This document shows positions 60,635-64,000 of a stretch of 64,000 nt of DNA, piece after piece; position 1 is the stretch's first letter, and every line of letters starts with the position of its first letter. The position numbers were made by a program, and so were the translations under genes. The notes beneath the pieces were generated by a model. It made no database searches, was not told where the DNA came from, and saw nothing but the letters and a program-made list of their open reading frames with translations. Origin of the DNA: Candidatus Omnitrophota bacterium (GTDB lineage Bacteria > Omnitrophota > Gorgyraeia > B26-G9); NCBI GenBank assembly GCA_043826565.1, contig JBDRPX010000034.1, positions 1,096 to 65,095 of the forward strand, read 5' to 3'.

Positions 60635-60774
60635 CTATGGTCTATTCTCTATTGTCTATTCTCTATTGTCTATTCTCTATTGTCTATTCTCTATTGTCTA
60701 TTCTCTATTGTCTATTCTCTATGGTCTATGGTCTATGGTCTATGGTCTATGGTCTATGGTCTATGGTCTATGGT
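60635..60774. repeat. Compound heptamer tandem repeat, 20 units
   Basis: CTATGGT, then 11 alternating CTATTCT/CTATTGT units, then (CTATGGT)x8. Confidence 0.95.
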
Positions 60775-60807
60775 CATTATCTTTTCTCTCTACTCGCTAT
60801 TTATATA

Positions 60808-62433
60808 TTATACTCCAACAGCATATAATTCTTCACGTTGTTTTTTTATAGACTCATTAGCCAGATACTCATCTAAAGTATAACGCGGCCGGTCAATATA
60901 CCCCTGCGGAGTTATCTCCACAATGTGATCCGCCACGGACTGCACGATCGCATGGTCATGCGAAGCCAAAAGCAAAGTACCCTTAAACCGCACCAAGCCG
61001 TCATTAAGCGCGGTAATTGATTCCAGATCAAGATGATTCGTCGGTTCGTCCAATATCAGAGTGTTTGCCTTAGAAAGCATAACTTTAGCCAGCATACAGC
61101 GCACCTTTTCTCCACCGGAAAGCACTCCCACTTTTTTAAACACATCATCACCGCTAAACAACATCTTTCCTAAAAAACTACGCATGAAATTTTCATCCGT
61201 ATCCTTTGAATATTGCCGCAGCCAATCGATCAAAGATAAGTCCTGTTGAAAATACGGGCCGAAATCTTTGGGAAAATAACTATATTTTACGGCCGGGCCC
61301 CATTTATATTCTCCGGAATCTGCTTCGGTTGCTGCGGTCAATAATTCAAACAGCGCAGTCTTGGCCGCGTCATTAGGCCCTAAAAAGGCTACTTTTTCTC
61401 CTTTGTTTATCTGCAGGGTAAAATCTTTAAACATCTGCTCTTGGGAAATTGTCTTACTCAATTTTGTCACACTTAATAAATTATCTCCGCTGTCTTTTTC
61501 AAAAGCCAGGTCAATATACGGATATTTGCGCGACGAAGGTTTGATCTCCTCAAGATTAAGTTTTTCCAAAGCTTTCTTGCGCGAAGTTGCCTGACGCGAT
61601 TTGGAAGCATTCGCGCTAAACCGGGCAATAAATTCCAGCAGTTCTTTACGTTTTTCTCCGACCTTGTGGTTTTTATCCTGCCGCTGGCGCAGAGCTAATT
61701 CCCGCGACTGTGACCAAAAGCTGTAATTACCGGTATAGAGTTCAATTTTGTTAAAATCAATATCCGCCATATGCGTACAGACTTTATCTAAGAAATGCCG
61801 GTCATGAGAAACAATAACCGCGGTATTGTTAAACTCGATCAAAAATTCCTCCAGCCACATACAGGTTTCCATATCCAAATGGTTCGTCGGCTCATCCAAA
61901 AGCAATACATCGGGATTACCGATCAAAGCCTGGGCTAAAAGCACGCGCACTTTCATATTGGCATTAAGCTGTTTCATTTTCTGCTGATGCAACTCATCTT
62001 TAACGCCCAGATTACTTAAAAGTTTACCGGCTTCAGATTCAATGCTCCAGCCGTCCATTTTATTAAAGTCTTCTTCGAGTTCGGCCAGGCGATGCCCGTC
62101 AGCATCGGTAAAATCACTTTTCGCATAGATCAATTCGCGCTCGAGCATAATATCATAAAGATGTTTATGCCCCATGATCACGGTATTTAAGGCGGTTTCT
62201 TCATTAAAAGCAAAATGGTCCTGCCTTAACACAGAAATGCGCTGTCCCCGCGGCACAGAAACGGTTCCGGCACTTGATTCAATTTCTCCGGAGAGGATTT
62301 TTAAAAATGTTGATTTTCCGGAGCCGTTAGCTCCGATCAATCCATAGCAATTGCCGTCGGTAAAGATGAGGTTCACATCTTTAAACAAAGGCTCTTTGCC
62401 GAATTGTAAGGTTACGGAATTTACTTTGATCAT
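60808..62433 (-). CDS. ABC-F family ATPase (YbiT-like)
   Basis: Two ABC domains without TM segments; GANGSGKS, LDEPTNHLD twice, RFSANASKSRQATSR linker. Confidence 0.92.
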   Translation of the reverse strand: MIKVNSVTLQFGKEPLFKDVNLIFTDGNCYGLIGANGSGKSTFLKILSGEIESSAGTVSVPRGQRISVLRQDHFAFNEETALNTVIMGHKHLYDIMLERELIYAKSDFTDADGHRLAELEEDFNKMDGWSIESEAGKLLSNLGVKDELHQQKMKQLNANMKVRVLLAQALIGNPDVLLLDEPTNHLDMETCMWLEEFLIEFNNTAVIVSHDRHFLDKVCTHMADIDFNKIELYTGNYSFWSQSRELALRQRQDKNHKVGEKRKELLEFIARFSANASKSRQATSRKKALEKLNLEEIKPSSRKYPYIDLAFEKDSGDNLLSVTKLSKTISQEQMFKDFTLQINKGEKVAFLGPNDAAKTALFELLTAATEADSGEYKWGPAVKYSYFPKDFGPYFQQDLSLIDWLRQYSKDTDENFMRSFLGKMLFSGDDVFKKVGVLSGGEKVRCMLAKVMLSKANTLILDEPTNHLDLESITALNDGLVRFKGTLLLASHDHAIVQSVADHIVEITPQGYIDRPRYTLDEYLANESIKKQREELYAVGV

Positions 62434-62641
62434 CTTACTTCATACTCCTGGTATAATTTAAATAATATTATACCTGATTACAGAGAATACTTAATTCATT
62501 AGTAAAAGGCATCCTGAACTTTATAAAATGTCTTTAATTTCCCAGGAAACGGATATTATATACTGGATTGGTTTATTATGCAAGAAAATGCGTCAGGAGA
62601 TCATTTCCGCGAATAGCATTCGTACTCCGGCTTAGAAATTT

Positions 62642-62860
62642 TTAGAATTTGTGACCTAAAGATATTTCGACCGCTCTCCCCGGACGGGCAAGAGGACGCG
62701 TGACTGTTCCGCCAACCTCATAAGCTTTATCCAGAACATTCGTAAGCGTAAGACGGCTATCCCAGTCTTTTACATTATAATTAAGGCTTAGATCCATAGT
62801 CGCCCATCCTTTTACCGCGTCAGCTCCGGTAATAGAATCGCTTGTTCTAACTTTTGAATA
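62642..62860 (-). pseudogene. C-terminal fragment of a TonB-dependent receptor
   Basis: WATMDLSLNY...LTNVLDKAY...PGRAVEISLGHKF is a TBDR C-terminus; no upstream barrel is present. Confidence 0.65.
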
Positions 62861-62864
62861 ACGC

Positions 62865-63743
62865 CTACCCCTCACCCCGGGGGTGCGATTTTGGGGTATT
62901 TGTGGCATAACAATATTTACATCCAAACCGGCAGGTATTATTGCTTCCTATATCTTTGGACTTAACGCAGCCGCAGGCTTTTCTTTGCGCCGGGTCTTTA
63001 GAAGAAGTTACTTTGCGATCAATGATTCTCTGGATTAGCGCATTATCAATACATTTACCATGCTCTATGCCATAACAGGATAAATCCATCGGCTCCGCGC
63101 AGGTAACTACCCGGATCCCCTTCTCCGGCATAGATGATCCGATCCATTTCCCTAGTTCTAAATATGTTTTTGCTTCAAAAGCATGATCATCTAAAGTAAA
63201 AGTCTTGCTGGTTTCTTTTTCCAGGCGAATTTTTGTTTTTCGGTATGGATCAATAAAGCTTATAACCATTTGTTCTGTTTTTCCTTTAAGCTTTCCGAAT
63301 ATTTTTTCTATTTGATCTTTATGCCATGGCAAAGGCGTTAGATTAGAAAATAGTATCGGGTCATATCGCCAAATCACTTTTTCTTTTCCTATTCTATCGC
63401 TGAGTTCAAGAAATGTTTTGATCGCTCTATCCACAGACGGACATTTAGGGTCGATTTCCCGGGGATACCCCAGGATCGTATATTGGAAATAGTATTTATA
63501 TCCCCGTTCATCAAGCTCGGATAAATATTTCATTAAAGGCCCGGGGTCACGCGTCCAGAAAACGATTATTTCCACATCTTCCGGACGCAGGCTGATAGGT
63601 TTAGTTTTTTGTTTGGGATACATAGGATTGGGAACAATACAATATCCTTGCCTGATCCTATTCATAAACCACTCCGAATAAAAAGCAGGGATATCTGTTC
63701 TGCGGCTGGCGCTAATTATGGTTTTATGTTTTCTGTTCATCAC
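62865..63743 (-). CDS. DUF1848 family protein (radical-SAM-like)
   Basis: IISASRRTDIPAFY, VFWT, WRYDPI, C-terminal CRFGCKYCYA. Confidence 0.9.
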   Translation of the reverse strand: MMNRKHKTIISASRRTDIPAFYSEWFMNRIRQGYCIVPNPMYPKQKTKPISLRPEDVEIIVFWTRDPGPLMKYLSELDERGYKYYFQYTILGYPREIDPKCPSVDRAIKTFLELSDRIGKEKVIWRYDPILFSNLTPLPWHKDQIEKIFGKLKGKTEQMVISFIDPYRKTKIRLEKETSKTFTLDDHAFEAKTYLELGKWIGSSMPEKGIRVVTCAEPMDLSCYGIEHGKCIDNALIQRIIDRKVTSSKDPAQRKACGCVKSKDIGSNNTCRFGCKYCYATNTPKSHPRGEG

Positions 63744-63786
63744 GATCCCGCTTCACAGGATAAAGGCAAGGTTCGTCACTATGTGT

Positions 63787-64000
63787 CTAAAGTTCCATCA
63801 AATTTTCCTCGACGGAAACTTTCATCTTAAAATAAAAACCCAGATAAATGGCTGCGGACATAATTCCAAAGCCCAACAAAACATGAATCAGCTCCAGCCT
63901 CAATATGCCGGGTCTGATAATATGTGAACAGTTAAAAAAAGTGATTCCTCCCAAGAAAGCATTTATAATAGTTATAAGCACACAACTATTAATAAATCTT
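63787..64000 (-). CDS. Membrane protein, 5'-partial
   Basis: Frame open to the window edge; two hydrophobic segments. Confidence 0.45.
   Translation of the reverse strand, partial: RFINSCVLITIINAFLGGITFFNCSHIIRPGILRLELIHVLLGFGIMSAAIYLGFYFKMKVSVEENLMEL

Noticed and set aside
58830-60774. Possible CRISPR array
   Set aside because: The units are contiguous 7-mers with no unique spacers, and there are no cas genes.

Overview
This is an AT-rich bacterial chromosome segment. Gene content and style suggest an anaerobic diderm, possibly Candidatus Omnitrophota/PVC (inference only). The housekeeping backbone is fhs-mfd-surA-like-pdxA-rsmA, then miaA, a TPR/SPOR gene and miaB. It also carries an AbiE type IV TA pair, a MacAB-TolC-type exporter, msrAB, a large Pho regulon (phoBR, porin, two pstSCAB-phoU sets with 11-bp Pho boxes), quinone/isoprenoid genes, a radical SAM gene and an ABC-F gene. 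Three things stand out. (1) Eight unrelated proteins share a signal peptide (Gln in the h-region in 7 of 8) and an L[SA]P-x-h-x-h-x4-h-x2-[SAV]F leader motif; the seven complete ones end in an 'EQAI'-like C-terminal tag. Seven form one cluster at 8-21.7 kb and one lies at the left edge, missed by the ORF track. Their middles carry normally cytoplasmic domains (glutamate dehydrogenase, PTS enzyme I-like, HATPase, GNAT, receiver/HipA-like kinase), making this a candidate undescribed export/effector system. (2) Displaced copies of the miaB 5' end (M-x7-TFG-stop) delimit accessory cassettes, suggesting serial integration into miaB. (3) A dispersed family of 7-bp-periodic, often inverted-arm repeats also flanks a four-helix-bundle gene and is inserted in frame inside miaB. 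No rRNA, tRNA, CRISPR array, integrase or transposase was recognised.
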